Source: Octopus vulgaris (lineage: Eukaryota). Taken from it: DNA of 64,000 bases. Within the stretch, counting starts at the first letter, position 1, and each line of letters begins with the position of its first letter. Of the stretch, positions 50,913-63,932 are shown piece after piece. The position numbers were made by a program, and so were the translations under genes. The notes beneath the pieces were generated by a model that made no database searches, had not been told where the DNA came from, and worked only from the letters and a program-made list of their open reading frames with translations. The stretch is from positions 105,710,001 to 105,774,000 of the forward strand of contig OX597818.1 in the NCBI GenBank assembly GCA_951406725.2, read 5' to 3'.

Positions 50913-52271
50913 GTATTTATGTATGTATGTATCTTCAAATATATCTTGCATTGGTTTCTCAACTCCTGATAGAGTTGTAAAGATGTCATCATGACATACA
51001 GTCTGTCTTTAACACTTGTAGACACCTGGCAGAGCCCATCCCTCAATTTCTTCCAGAATGCAACAGACAAACAAACAGGATAAAGGGAAGAGAAAAATTA
51101 ACCTCAGTATCACTGTGGTACTTTGTTTATCATGTCCCAAAAAGGCAAAGTTGACCTTGGTAGTATATGAAGTTAGAGTCAACAGAACCTAAAGACAATC
51201 TACCCAAAGTTCTAATGAGTTTGCTAATTCACCACCTTAATCTTCATATATATCTTATTTTGATCCTATCAATGAAGCATACCCTTCACTGTACTTGTGA
51301 AAGTTAAAAGTAATTCATAAATGAATAACATTGTTCATCATGCTAAACTCTGGAAAAATCATACATGATTTTCCAATTGTAAATATATTATTTAAAGACA
51401 TCTAAATCTTTAAAGTCCTGAACTAGATGCCATAAAGCACAAACCAGTCACAATATTGACTTTGTAGGCAAATGCCTAGTTCTCACATTTTTTAGCAAGT
51501 TACTGAAATTGAGATATTAGGCTTTTTTGTTTCTGGAAGCATATCTCCAAATCAGTTTGCACACCTAATTTATTTCAGTAGCTTACAACCTGCTTATTTT
51601 ATGGTACTGCAAAAACTCTGTATGAAAATTATGCCAGCTACTCCAAGCACTTATATATTCTTGTATTTCAAACATATGTTTGATAAGGTTTCTTACGTAA
51701 TCTTTAACAAGTCATATTTCATACCATACTGTTGTAGAGTGAATTAATAGGGCAGCAAATTCTTGCATTATCCTTGACTCAGTTCTGAATACAAGTGTTC
51801 ACATGATACCATGCAGTCATAGTTAACACAGTGGTATATCAGGTTAACTCAGAAGTATATTAGATTAACACAGTGGTATAATCTGGGTAAGCTAATAGTT
51901 GTATTAAAGTAAATTCAAAATTTAATTTTATCAAATTGTAAGTTTAAATGTAAGTAAACACTTGCAAGCATATTGAAATAAATAGAAAAAGAATTTAAAA
52001 TCCTTGAGAATAATGCCTTAAAAAAAACATGTCAATAATATATACATGTATCATGCATCAAGGACATGCCCTTTGGGCGAGGAAGATAGGCAGTACATTT
52101 CCAAATTAAAACTATAAATATTAATTATAGAATATAAGAAGTAAATGATTATAAACTCATTATAAAAATGCTAGTTTAGTGTATGAAATTCAATATATAA
52201 TTCAATAAATGGCTATTATTTTACTTGACAAACACAATTTCTCTGTACTCTACAACCTCAACATATATATA

Positions 52272-52567
52272 TATCATAAAATATATTTGCCGACTAAATG
52301 TGGCAGTCCTATAGAGGACGGTGTTACTGCTATTTTTAGCCCCAGGAAGACATCTCCTCCAGTTGGCCAATGATACACAGTCTGTATCTGATTAGTATTT
52401 GTGAGGGAGGTCATTGCTCAGATCTCTAGTCTAAAGATGGAAGCGATGACCTCCCTCGCAAATACTAATCGGATACAGACTGTGTGTCGTTGGCCAACTG
52501 GAGGAGATGTCTTCCTGGGGCTAAAAATAACAGTAACACATTTAGTTGGCAAATATATTTTACGATA
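52272..52567. mobile_element. Fold-back MITE-like element (~125-bp arms, ~30-nt loop)
   Basis: 52272-52410 is the near-perfect reverse complement of 52441-52567 apart from a 21-nt indel. Confidence 0.85.
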
Positions 52568-52633
52568 CTATACTGTTACTGTTTATCTCTTGTTCAGGGA
52601 TTTAGTATAACTTATCTTTCTCTTTATATATAT

Positions 52634-52804
52634 AGGCATCGGAGTGACTGTGTGGTTAGTAGCTTGGTTACCAACCACATGGCTCCAGGTTCAGTCACAC
52701 TGCGTAGAACTTTGGGCAAGTGTCTTCTACTATAGCCTCAGGCCAACCAAAGCCTTGTAAGTGGATTTGGTAGACGGAAACTGAAAGAAGCCCATCGTAT
52801 ATAG

Positions 52805-52848
<44 letters not shown>

Positions 52849-52888
52849 ATGTGTATGTGTATGTTTGTGTGTCTGTGTTTGTCCCCTG
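52634..52888 (+). mobile_element. SINE family A, 5' half
   Basis: A and B boxes plus conserved body; truncated by a PLE-like block. Confidence 0.85.
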
Positions 52889-53043
52889 TGCAACATGACG
52901 ACCTCGAACCCACAAGAGTAAACAAGAGAGACAGAGACAGGCAGAAACAAAGAAAATGTCCCTTGTATTTGAATACTATGCAAATATTCTTTTAAAAAAC
53001 TTTTCTTTTAATGTTTCCAAAATTTAATTGTTTTCCATACTTA

Positions 53044-53079
53044 CAGTTGAAACAGTCTCAATGACTGAAACCGGTACTG
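53044..53079 (+). ncRNA. Degenerate minimal hammerhead in a PLE-like block (~52890-53130)
   Basis: cag-TTGAAA-c-AGTC-tcaat-GACT-GAAA-CCGG-TA-ctg; all three stems pair and stem III is palindromic, but the CUGANGA core is damaged. Confidence 0.55.
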
Positions 53080-53167
53080 AAATGTTTCGTATAAAATTAT
53101 TTTAGCATTTTCTACCTTGACTTTTTTTTCCATACATACACACACACACACACATATATATATATAT

Positions 53168-53625
53168 TCTTTTATCCTTTTATTCTTTTACTTGTTTCAG
53201 TCATTTGACTGCAGCTGTGTTGGAGCACTGCCTTTAGTCAAGCAAACTGACCCCAGTACTTATTCTTTGTAAGCCTAGTACCTATTTTATCAGTCACTTT
53301 TGTCGAACTGCTAAGTTACGGGGACATAAACGCACCAGCATCAGTTGTCAAGTGATGTTGGGGGGGGGGGGACAAACACAGACACACAAATACATACACA
53401 CACATACATACATTCATGTATATACACACATACATTCGTATATATATATATATATATATATATAATATGGGCTTCTTTCAGTTTCTGTCTACCAAATCCA
53501 CTCACCAGGCTTTGGTTGGCCTGTGGCTATAGTAGAAGACACTTGCCCAAGGTGCCACATAGTGGGACTGAACCTGGAACCATGTGGTTGGTAAGCAAGC
53601 TACTTACCACACAGCAACACGTGTG
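53168..53625 (-). mobile_element. SINE family A, near full length
   Basis: Reverse complement of 35591-35985. Confidence 0.88.
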
Positions 53626-55249
53626 CCTATATCACCACCACCATCATTGTCATCATCATCATCATTATCATCATCATTGATAGTCAATAATGTCCTCAGC
53701 TGCTGTGGTCCAGCTGCAGGGAACAATGATTACTTCTCATATCATGTCTAGCCACATCTTTGAAGCTCAGTCATCCTGTATTCTCATTTTTCATACTACT
53801 AAACCACCATGAACGCAGTATTTTGTCATGGCAACAAAGATTCCTACCACATTTGTCTCTTAGCTGTCCTTGGTGATGAACTAGTGGCATAATTAGAATG
53901 TTGGATAGAATGCCTTGCAGTATTCATTCTGAACCCCTGCTCTCTGAGTTCAAATCAAACCAAGTCAACATTGCCTTTCGTTTTTTTCAAGGTTGATAAA
54001 TAAATAAAAAAAATGTACCAGTCCAAGAAAGAGTGGATTGGTGGAATTATTAGAGTGCTGGACACAAGATGTCTTGCAATATTTGTTCCAGCTCTGTATT
54101 CTAAGTTCAAACCACTCGCTCTCACCAACAAATGAGAACATCTTTGTCAGGAGTTGCAACAAGCAGATAATACCAAATTTGATAAACCAATTGAAATATA
54201 GTTCCCTTTCTTCAAGTGCAAGATAAAATGCCATCACCATCACCACCATCAGCACCACTGCCACCACCATTACTACCCACTAAAGCAAAAGACTTCAATT
54301 TCTATGGTATGTGCTTTAACCTGTAAGGAGGTTTCTTACTAAGTTGTTTTTTTACCACTTTGTACCATTTCTGGGAACAACCAATGCTATGTTAACCTGA
54401 AAGGAAAGGCTCTAAGTGGTACTAGAAATATCAGCCAAATCTCCTTCATATCACATTAATATCATTTTAAGTGAAGGGAGGATGCATTAAGTAATATAAT
54501 ACTAGATACTCCTAAAAAAAAAAGAGAATGGTTACAGTTATAATACCTTTGATCACAAATCTTCCGGATCAATGTTGGTCTGGAGGCTAAATAATAACGG
54601 CACCAACAATAATAATAACTGTAACAAGAAAGTAGAATCAAATGGTCAGGTTGCTGTTGTCATCTCATTTATTATCTATAGCACACATGCTGAATGTTAA
54701 AAGTTAAACTCTGTATGTTTAAATGACATCAGGCTATATTTACAAAATAGTGCAGAAAAAAACCAGCAATGGATAGAAATATAGCAGCAGTGCATTCATG
54801 TGCATTAACAGCATACCCTGAATATATACATGCACATGCACTCTTGCACACTCACACACCACGTGCACAACAACATACCCATCGGCTAATTATCTGATAC
54901 TGTTGAGCTTTCCTTTAACTCTCTCCTTGCTGTCATATTGCACTTCAAGTGTGTTTCCTTCTCTTTGCTTTCATCTCAAATTGGTTTCAACCTGATTCAG
55001 CAGACCATGCTACATACACTCTAGCAGCACAGCTTCAACGACCACCTTCTCTCACATCTTTATTCTTACTCCAACGCACAAGCTGCATCATTTCCGTAAT
55101 ATTCCCATCGATTGTTTGCTAGAAGGACAGTGGTGGTCATGGTGGGGGTGGGAGTGGGTGGAAGATAAAAAGAAATGGGAAAAAGAAAACAGAACATATC
55201 TGCTCAAAATTACCCTGTTCAAACACTAGTTCAGATTAATTAATTATAC

Positions 55250-55296
<47 letters not shown>

Positions 55297-57029
55297 GTAT
55301 TTTTAATTTGTTCCATCTCCCACCTCACAAAAGCCCTAATGTTGTTACTTTTTCTTGGTGCAGTTTTAATTGTTATTGCAATAATCATTGATTTCTAACT
55401 TTTACACACACACACACACATGTAATAGACTTATCAGGATGGAAATATACTTAATTGAATTGATCCACGTATATATGGTTGGTATCCATACATATTTTTT
55501 GCTTAATTTAAAGGGTCGGTCTTCTGGTGGAAAGTGCTATGTCCTTCAAAGTTTTCTAGACTGATGAGACTGATGCTGTTGGTAATGTTCCTCTTGAACA
55601 GTTGCAGAGAAGAAAAAAAAACAATATGGACATATAGAGAAATCCTGAGAATTAAGATTAAGGAAATGAAAGGATTGAACAAAGCAGTGTGTGGTTTAGT
55701 TGTCGGGGCACATTATAGGTGAAGAAAGAAGGAAACATATGAGTCAAGAAGGTTTGAGTAAAGGTGACAGAAGTAGAAAAAGGCAAAGTAAGTAGACACA
55801 CATTTATGACCAGAGGCTGGTGTTAGTGAGTGACTTAATGCTAATAAGTTGAGTAACCCTTTTTTTCTAATGCATTCTAGGATGTTAGATGTCAGTTTGC
55901 ATAGCAGCACTGTTGCAGATGTGTGGAAGTAGTACTACATTGTGAGTCCTAGCTGACCTTTGTGTTTTCTAACCACGAAGTCAGATTTAAAGAGAGAGGG
56001 GGGGAAGTGAAAGAGAGAGGAGAAGAGCGAGAAAGAGAGAGGGGAAGAGAGAGGAATAGAGAGGGGGAGAGGAGAGAGAGAGATATACAGACAGACAGAG
56101 CAACAGAAACAGGGATGGAGAATGAATCTATCCAGTACTTGACTGGTACTTTATTTATCAACCCCCAAGGAGATGAAAGGCATTGTAGATCTTCCTAGGA
56201 TTTAACTGAGAGCACAGACCTGGAACAGATACAGCAAAGCATTGAGGATGTGAGATTACCAGGAGAGAGCATCAGTGATCTAAAAATGTCCCAGAGAGAT
56301 AAAATGCAAAGCAGAATATTGGTATAATTTGAAAAGGCTAAGTAGAGGATGTTCTGACAAGACATTAAATTGCATCCTTTGATGAGGTTCCAGCTCAAGA
56401 ATTCAGGAGTTTTAAGAGTATCAAGTTACTCCTTAGTTACTACTACTTTCTGGTTTGCTCTGGCCAGGGATGATAGTACCTGTCAAGAGTCCAAATTATG
56501 GATCACAGAGCAGATGTTTCTTGTGATTAAGTCATAGAGGACTCAGAAGAGGGCTCGCCTTCAGACATTTGTCACATGTCAGACATTTTCCCACAGGTGC
56601 ATGGACATACACTTATGTTATATAAACCAGTTCCCCTCAGGATTAAAAAGACTCTGTTTCGAAGGTAAGCCCAGAAGAGTAGGAAACTATCAGAATAAAA
56701 TAGCTGTGTGATATGAAACTTGCTTCCCAACAACATGGTCTTTGGTTCAGCCCCACTGTATGACGACAGTTTGAGTGAGTGTCTTCTATAGGCTTGGGCT
56801 AGCCAAAACCTTGTGAGTGGATTTCATAGACAGAAAGATTCTTTGTAAGCCTAGTACTCATTCCATCGGTCTCCCTTGCCTAACCGCTAATGTACAGAAA
56901 ACATAAACACACCAACATCAGTTGTTAATTGATGGGGTGGGGGGAAAAACACAGACAGACAAACATACAATGTAATTATTCTTTTTCATTCCAGGTCCTA
57001 TTATATTAAACATTTGCGAAGAGTAACCA

Positions 57030-57995
57030 TGCCATGCACAAAAAATTCAGCAGAACTGTCAGATTTTCAAAGAGGCTGGTCTTTGCCAGCAAAAAATTGC
57101 CGAAAATCTTCAAATTCCTTTTGCTACTGTAAATAGAATTATAGTGCAATTCAAAAGCCAAGGAAAGAATCAACAGATTCTTGTCCCAGTTCACCTGGGC
57201 CCTTGGAAAGGAAGCTTTGCTGTTTGAAGAGAATTGTGGAAAACGAACCCCGTTCAAAGGCTTCCGATATTGCAAAACAGCTAGAAGTTAGTCCAAGAAC
57301 ATGTGTTACATATCTCCATAAGCTTCGATATTATGGAAGAGCCGCTAGAAGAAATCCTCTCCTTCAAACAATTAATATCATGAAAAGAAAGAAATGAGGA
57401 GATGCCAGAAAAATCCAGTTCATTTTAGGATAGAGTGATTTTCTCAGATGAACCCAGATTTGCATTATTTCCAGACAGTAGACATGTTTGGATCTGGAGG
57501 CTTCCTAATCAAGAATTTGATTTGAAACAACTCCAACCAACTGTGAAACATGGCAGTATCTCTATAATGGTATGGGGAGCTATCACCAGCAATGGTCGTT
57601 CTGAGCTGATTGAATGTGTTGGAACCATAAACTCTGAAAAATACAACGAAATACTTAAGCAAGGACTACTTCCGATGTATTCACATAATAACATAACAAA
57701 AAATGAGTTTTTATTCATGGAAGATGGGGTTCCATGCCATACAGCGAAAAGGAATCAACAATGGTTGACTGAAAATGGGATGAAAAAGCTAACTTAACCC
57801 AGCCAATCTCTTGACATGAACCAATTGAAAATCTTTGGAGTATATGAAATAGAGCTATACGAAAAACTCGACAGAAACCTAAAGCTAAAGGTGAATTCTT
57901 TTGATTGTTGCATGAAAAGTGGGCAGAAATTCCACAAAGCTCATCAGTTCAATGCCAAAAGGACACATGTTGGTGGGATTTGCCAGGGCAGGGCC
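57030..57995 (+). mobile_element. Tc1-family transposase pseudogene
   Basis: ELSDFQRG, GRAARRNPLL, IFSDEPRF, PTVKHGSISIMVWG, FMEDGVPCH, PSQSLDMN and SSMPK motifs; frameshifts and stops. Confidence 0.9.
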
Positions 57996-58250
57996 AATCC
58001 ATAACATTACATGACATGTCAGATTTGCCAGAGGGGCAGACCCAACCCATAACGTTACATGACATGTCAGATTCGCCAGAGGGGCAGACCCAATCCATAA
58101 CATTACATGACATGTCAGATTCGCCAGAGGGGCAGACCCAACCCTTAACATTACATGACATGTCAGATTAGCAAGAGGGGCAGAGCCAACCCATAACATT
58201 ACATGACATGTCAGATTAGCCACAGGGGTATACCCAACCCATAACATTAC
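57977..58250. repeat. 48-bp tandem array, ~5.5 copies
   Basis: Unit CCATAACATTACATGACATGTCAGATTYGCCAGAGGGGCAGACCCAAY. Confidence 0.92.
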
Positions 58251-58253
58251 TTG

Positions 58254-58293
<40 letters not shown>

Positions 58294-58488
58294 GGTTTGG
58301 AAATGATGTAGATGTATTATATATTAGAAGAATTAAGGTACTCAGAAATCTGGATGGTTTTATATTTACAGATATTTATTAATGTCAAATGTTTTTATAA
58401 GTCATATATTAGCACTTGCATCTACTCTAGTGGAGTTGTCAGATTGAACTTTTTCAGGAATTTTGTCTCTTTTTATAGTATTATTGAG

Positions 58489-58555
58489 TGTGTAGGGGTG
58501 GAGAGAGATATAAGATAGTACAAGAGAGTGAGGAATGGGGAGAAAGTGAGAGAGA

Positions 58556-58610
<55 letters not shown>

Positions 58611-58860
58611 CTTGTGCTTTTGTATCTGAAAGGATTGTCAATGGAAAAGAAGAAGGAAAAGAAGAAGGAAGAGAGAAAGAAGAAAAAATGTGTTGATATC
58701 TTTGCAGCTGGTCAGTTCTTTCAATAGGAAGTGGTTCTTGGCTTTTAGAAATGGCAAACTCAGGTGGTCACTTCAAGGGGGATATATGTTGTTTTTTTTT
58801 AAATTGTCTGGATTTTTTTTTTATCATTGTCTTGTGAGAGAGAGAGAGTGTGTGTGTGCA

Positions 58861-58891
<31 letters not shown>

Positions 58892-60448
58892 TGGCATAAA
58901 GAATTTCCAGTTTCACCTACATAATTCTCCTTGCATGTGGGGCAGGTTATGCAGTATATTACATTCTGCATCTTGCAGTTCATGTCTGCATTTACTTTGA
59001 ATATGTGACCACTCTTAAATTTTATTTGTTTGTCTCCCTTTATATATTTGTAGGTGGGGTTACTGCAGATCCCACATCTACCATCTCCGCACTTTTTCAA
59101 AGAATTCGGTTTTAGTCTCTGAGGAGAATTTCACTCTTGTTTGTTGCTTCTTAAGGTTTTTGTCTTGGTGTTTACTGTTTTTTTATGTAATATTTGTTTA
59201 ACATGTTTCCCATTTTGGGGTTTTATAGGACTATTGGTAAGTTTGAATATATGATTTGAAACATATTGGTAACTCCAGGGTTGTGTGTGTTTATGAAAGG
59301 GATGATGTTTTCTTTGTTTTTCTTTTTTGGAGTTCTGAGTTGTATGATGTCTAGTTTCATTGCTCTTGAGATTCCATTTTTTAAAAATTTGAGTGGGTAT
59401 TTTTGTTCTAGTAGGAAGTTTTTAAGTTCATTTAGTCTTATTTGGCGTGTTTGTGAGTTGGTTACTATGCTGCATATGCATCTTGCAATACTATATGGAA
59501 TGTTTCTTTTTATGTGGGATGGATGGCAGGAGTAGAAATTTAAATATTGGTGTGTGCCGGTTTTTTTGTAGTAGATGTCTGTTGTGACAATGGAGTTGTG
59601 TATCTTGATGTTGATGTCTAGGAAGAGAAGTTCATTGTGGCTGATATCTATCGTGAAGTTGATCGATGGGTGCAGTATGTTGAGAATGTTGTGGAATGTT
59701 CATAGATCTTCTGATCTGTTCCAAAAGATGACGCAGTCATTGAGGTAGCGTTTCCACTTTTTCTTGATGTCTTCTCTGAAGTCGTGGTCGAAGAATTTCC
59801 CTATTTCATCATATAGTTTGTTCTCAAGGAAACTCATCACCAGGTTGGCATATGTAGGTGCGAGTTTTGTACCCATAGCCATGCCTATTATCTGTCGGTA
59901 TGCCTTGTTGTTAAATGAGAACGTGTTTTCTTCAAGTATTAATTGGGTGGCTTTGGTGATAAAGTCTGTTTTGAAATGTTCATCTATGAGTATAGATGTC
60001 AACACAATTATTTCTTCTTTCTCTCTTCCTTATTTCTTTCCTTCTCTTTTCCAGTGACATTCCTTTCAGATACACAGGCACCTACACACACATGCATGCA
60101 CACACACACACACACTCACCCACACACACACACACACACACACTCACAAGACAATGATAAAAAGAAATCCAGACAACTTTTTTTTAAAATTAACATATAT
60201 CCCCCTTGAAGTGGCCACCTGGGTTTGCCATTTCTAAAAGCCAAGAATCACTTCCTATTGAAAGAACTGACCAGCTGCAAAGATGTCAAAACATTTTTTT
60301 TCTTTCTCTCTTCTTGCTTCCTTCCCTTCTCTTTTCCATTGACAATCCTTTCAGATACAAAAGCTCACGCACACCACGCACTCTCTCTCACTTTCTCCCC
60401 ATTCCTCACCCTCTTGTACTATCTTATATCTCTCTACACCCCTACACA
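58489..60448. repeat. ~380-bp inverted repeat arms (58489-58888 and ~60085-60448) enclosing the PLE ORF
   Basis: tgtgtaggggtg..gatataagatagtacaagag versus ctcttgtactatcttatatc..cacccctacaca, colinear through the arms. Confidence 0.88.
58890..60005 (-). mobile_element. Penelope-like retroelement (Neptune-type) RT, Cys-linker and partial GIY-YIG; decayed
   Basis: QIIGMAMGTKLAPTYANL and WKRYLND (RT); KCGDGRCGIC...NVIYCITCPTCKENYVGETG (Cys linker plus GIY-YIG). Confidence 0.9.
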
Positions 60449-60694
60449 TGAAAAAAAAAAAACAAACAGAGAAACAAGACATACAACATAACATTTCATT
60501 GTTCAAAAAAAATTTAATTTCTATGTTTTTGTTTTTATGTTTTTGTTTCTCCTTGTCATGTCCTGTACCCATACATGCATGTATATATACATATATATGT
60601 AGGTATGTACATATATGTATGTATATATGCATATATTTATATATTATTTATATTATTATATGATCGAATGCCAGCATCCTTTTCCGGGTAAGTT

Positions 60695-60740
<46 letters not shown>

Positions 60741-60844
60741 ATAAAAATGGTAAAACAACAAAAGAATGAAAGAGATGGCGGTGTGGATTTCCACATCCGA
60801 AACTCAGAGTTTTCTCATGGCTACGGAATAATTGTTAGATATTA

Positions 60845-60942
<98 letters not shown>

Positions 60943-61072
60943 TTCAGTAAAATTTAGATTCAAATGAATATGGTACTTAAGTTAGATGCACCAGAATTTT
61001 GTATGGTGTTATCCATATAAATCCGTGGGGTGATAATACTCAAAATAAGCAACAAGAATAACTTTGGTAATT

Positions 61073-61156
61073 TGGTACAATCGTTTCACACTACATCATT
61101 TTATTAAATGTTGTAAGTATTACAACAGTTTTAAAATGCTGAGCACTCATCAGCCA
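61073..61156 (-). ncRNA. Type I hammerhead motif in the 3' region of a PLE
   Basis: Minus strand: tgg-CTGATGA-gtgct...agtgt-GAAA-CGATTG-TA-cca; long stem II with inner hairpin tgttgtaa/ttacaaca. Confidence 0.75.
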
Positions 61157-61530
61157 TTAATAGAGGTTTTCCATTAATACATAATTTTCATATCAAGTGA
61201 TAACATTATAGAGAAGGTAGATATATAGACAAAGATGTGGATTTAAATTTTAAGAACATTTAAGGTAGTGGAGTTTATCAACTGACTGAATAATATTCAG
61301 TTGCTATGAACTGCTAGAAGGCTCTGAGAAGAATGGACAATTGAAAGGAGACAAAAAAGATTTTCTATTTATAGAAATAGGGGTGAAATAGATGTCAAAG
61401 TTCCATATAAAGAAATTTTGGTAGAGAGAGAAGGGTTGTCACACTACAGATGCCAATTACTACTATTTGGTAAACAGATTTAGCATTAGGAAAACTAGGT
61501 TAATGTCAAATGGTTATAATGATCACATTC

Positions 61531-61732
61531 AAGGCGACGAGCTGGCAGAAACATTACCACACCTGGCGAAATGTGAGTTCAAATTCCGCCGAGGTCAACT
61601 TTGCCTTTCATCCTTTCGGGTCGATAAATTAAGTACCAGTTACACACTGGGATCGATGTAATCGACTTAATACCTATGTCTGTCCTTGTTTGTCCCCTCT
61701 GAGTTTATCCCCTTGTGGGTAATAAAGAAATA
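61531..61732 (+). mobile_element. SINE family B with 15-bp TSD
   Basis: GGTTATAATGATCAC at 61512-61526 and 61733-61747. Confidence 0.88.
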
Positions 61733-62340
61733 GGTTATAATGATCACTCATAGAGAATGCAGAGATTTTTTTAAAACTAATATACATCAACATTATAATT
61801 AGCTGATAGGTTTTGAGTATTTTGATACGTTGGATTGAAGGAGAAATTATAGATCTAAAATTTATTCAATTTAGAGAAAAATCAATCACTTATTATGAGT
61901 AGGCATAATACTTATTAATTGGGGACAAAAGTCTTATTAATCAAGTGAATATATTAGGGGTCAAAAATATATAATAGGAAAAATGGAAGAGGAGAAATCA
62001 AAGAAGAAAGGTATTCGTAGGTTTAGTAGAAGGTGATTTAATAATATGAAGAGAAGTAACTTAGAAGAGTAAATTTCTCAGATTTCATAGATAGTGAGTT
62101 GTTATTAATGAATTAAAATATAGAATCTGTTGGAAATAATATTTACTACCCGCGGAGAAAGGTTAATTAGTTAGGTAAAAAGATCCTAGGTTAATTATAT
62201 ATTAAGAAATGGAATTGAGATAATCAAGGTGAACCGAATAGTTTCCTTAGGAACATAGAATTTATACTATTTAGTATAGGAGAATATCAAAAAAGGAGAA
62301 TTTAATTCTAAGTTTGCAATGAAGTTTTTTAGTAATCTCT

Positions 62341-62760
62341 TTTTTACTCTTTACTCTTTTACTTGTTTCAGTCATTTGACTGTGGCCATGCTGGAGCACC
62401 ACCTTTAGTCGAGCAAATCGACCCCAGGACTTATTCTTTGTAAACCCAGTACTTATCCTATCGGTCTCTTTTGCTGAACCGCTAAGTGACGGGGACGTAA
62501 ACACACCAGCATCGGTTGTCAAACAATGCTAGGGGGACAAACACAGAAACACAAGCACACACACACATAGATATATATATATATATATACATATATACGA
62601 CAGGCTTCTTTCAGTTTCCGTCTACCAAATCCACTCACAAGGCATTGGTCGGCCCAGGACTATAGCAGAAGACACTTGCCCAAGATGCCATGCAGTGGGA
62701 CTAAACCCAGAACCATGTAGTTGGTTAGCAAGCTACTTACCACACAGCCACTCCTGCGCC
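62341..62760 (-). mobile_element. SINE family A, full length
   Basis: Complete head, body, microsatellite and tail. Confidence 0.9.
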
Positions 62761-62855
62761 TATGTATGTTGAATTAAAAACCAGTATGGTATATTCGTTC
62801 TTAATTGGTTATAAAGAATTAAAATTTGAAAAATCTAGGAATATTCACAATATTA

Positions 62856-63932
62856 TTATTTAAAATGTTTAAACGTACGGGTTGTGCGATGTATGCAAGA
62901 TACTCCTGGCTCCGAACAGTTATTTAACAGATTTGTATTACTCCAATGTTTTAAAATTTCATGTGTTTCCATAGAACAAAGTTCACAACCATCCCTACTA
63001 TTTTTATAAGGCCATGCTTTTCTTAGTATATCCCATTTCAGGTTGAATTCTATATTATTCGTTTTTAGTTCCCAAATCTTACTAGACAATGTTGTGCAAC
63101 CTGCTTTGTGTTTGAGCCTAAAGGAGGAAAAATGATTGTTTAAAGGTTTTTTTAAATCTACCGAACAACCAAAATAAAGATAGTTGTTATTTGAAGTTAT
63201 TATTGTACATTTATAAATCACATTTTGGACCGAACAACGGCCAGATACTGGACATTTCGACCTAATCCTACAATCACAACTAGGGGGATAATTTCTAGTA
63301 CTAGTATTATTTATGGACAATTCATTTTCATTTCTGTTATTTGAGTTGTTATTAGTATTAGTGTTATTTTCTCTAATAGTAGTTACATTGTTATGCAAAC
63401 TGGAGTTACTAGTTATTAAGCTATCCTCATTATCATCACCTACTACACTTTTATCTATACTACCTATATTATTGATGTTGCTATTATCATTATTTATATT
63501 AATGTTGATATTATTGTTATTATTATCATCATCATTATTAATATTATTATTACTATTACCATTATTATTATTATTATCATTATTATTATTGCTATTTTTA
63601 TTATTATTATTACTATTATTGTTATTGTTACTATTTATTCTATCCCTAGCTAACTTAATATTTTTACTATTAAGTCTAGCTATTATGGTAGCCATATTTG
63701 GGAGAGTAGAATATGATATTCTTACTGATTTCTTAAAAATTATTTTATAATATTTATGGGAAGCTGGGAAGTTTCTTTCCAGTATAGACATAAATCTACT
63801 GTATATATTCCTCGAGATCGCACAGTTGAAGGGGATATTTAGCCAAATAACATTTTTTCTTTTATATTTTTTGTTTGAGTAAGAGTGGGAAAGATTAGTG
63901 TTATCCATATTCTTACAAGATTCATTATTCAT
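62856..63932 (-). mobile_element. Penelope-like retroelement ORF C-terminus (linker plus GIY-YIG); continues beyond the window
   Basis: KRKNVIWLNIPF, VRISYSTLPNM, CDCR..CPVSGRC, NVIYKC..YLYFG, KWDIL, CELC..E and LLN motifs; long AT-rich 3' region to ~60941 with a hammerhead. Confidence 0.9.

Noticed and set aside
51820-51905. About four copies of a ~21-bp unit (ttaacacagtggtata)
   Set aside because: Short, degenerate tandem duplication with no further structure
55500-56660. Possible old LINE or exon-like sequence (similarly 45240-45500 and 19250-19480)
   Set aside because: No motif or splice pattern could be supported by eye
57977-58250. CRISPR-like appearance of the 48-bp array (and of the 20-bp array at 33381)
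   Set aside because: No unique spacers, no cas genes and eukaryotic context
60770-60825. Hairpin followed by GAAAC...GTT resembling a hammerhead 3' half
   Set aside because: No CUGANGA box upstream; at most a truncated relic
63313-63750. Leu-rich, membrane-protein-like ORF on the + strand
   Set aside because: Antisense shadow of the Asn-rich PLE linker
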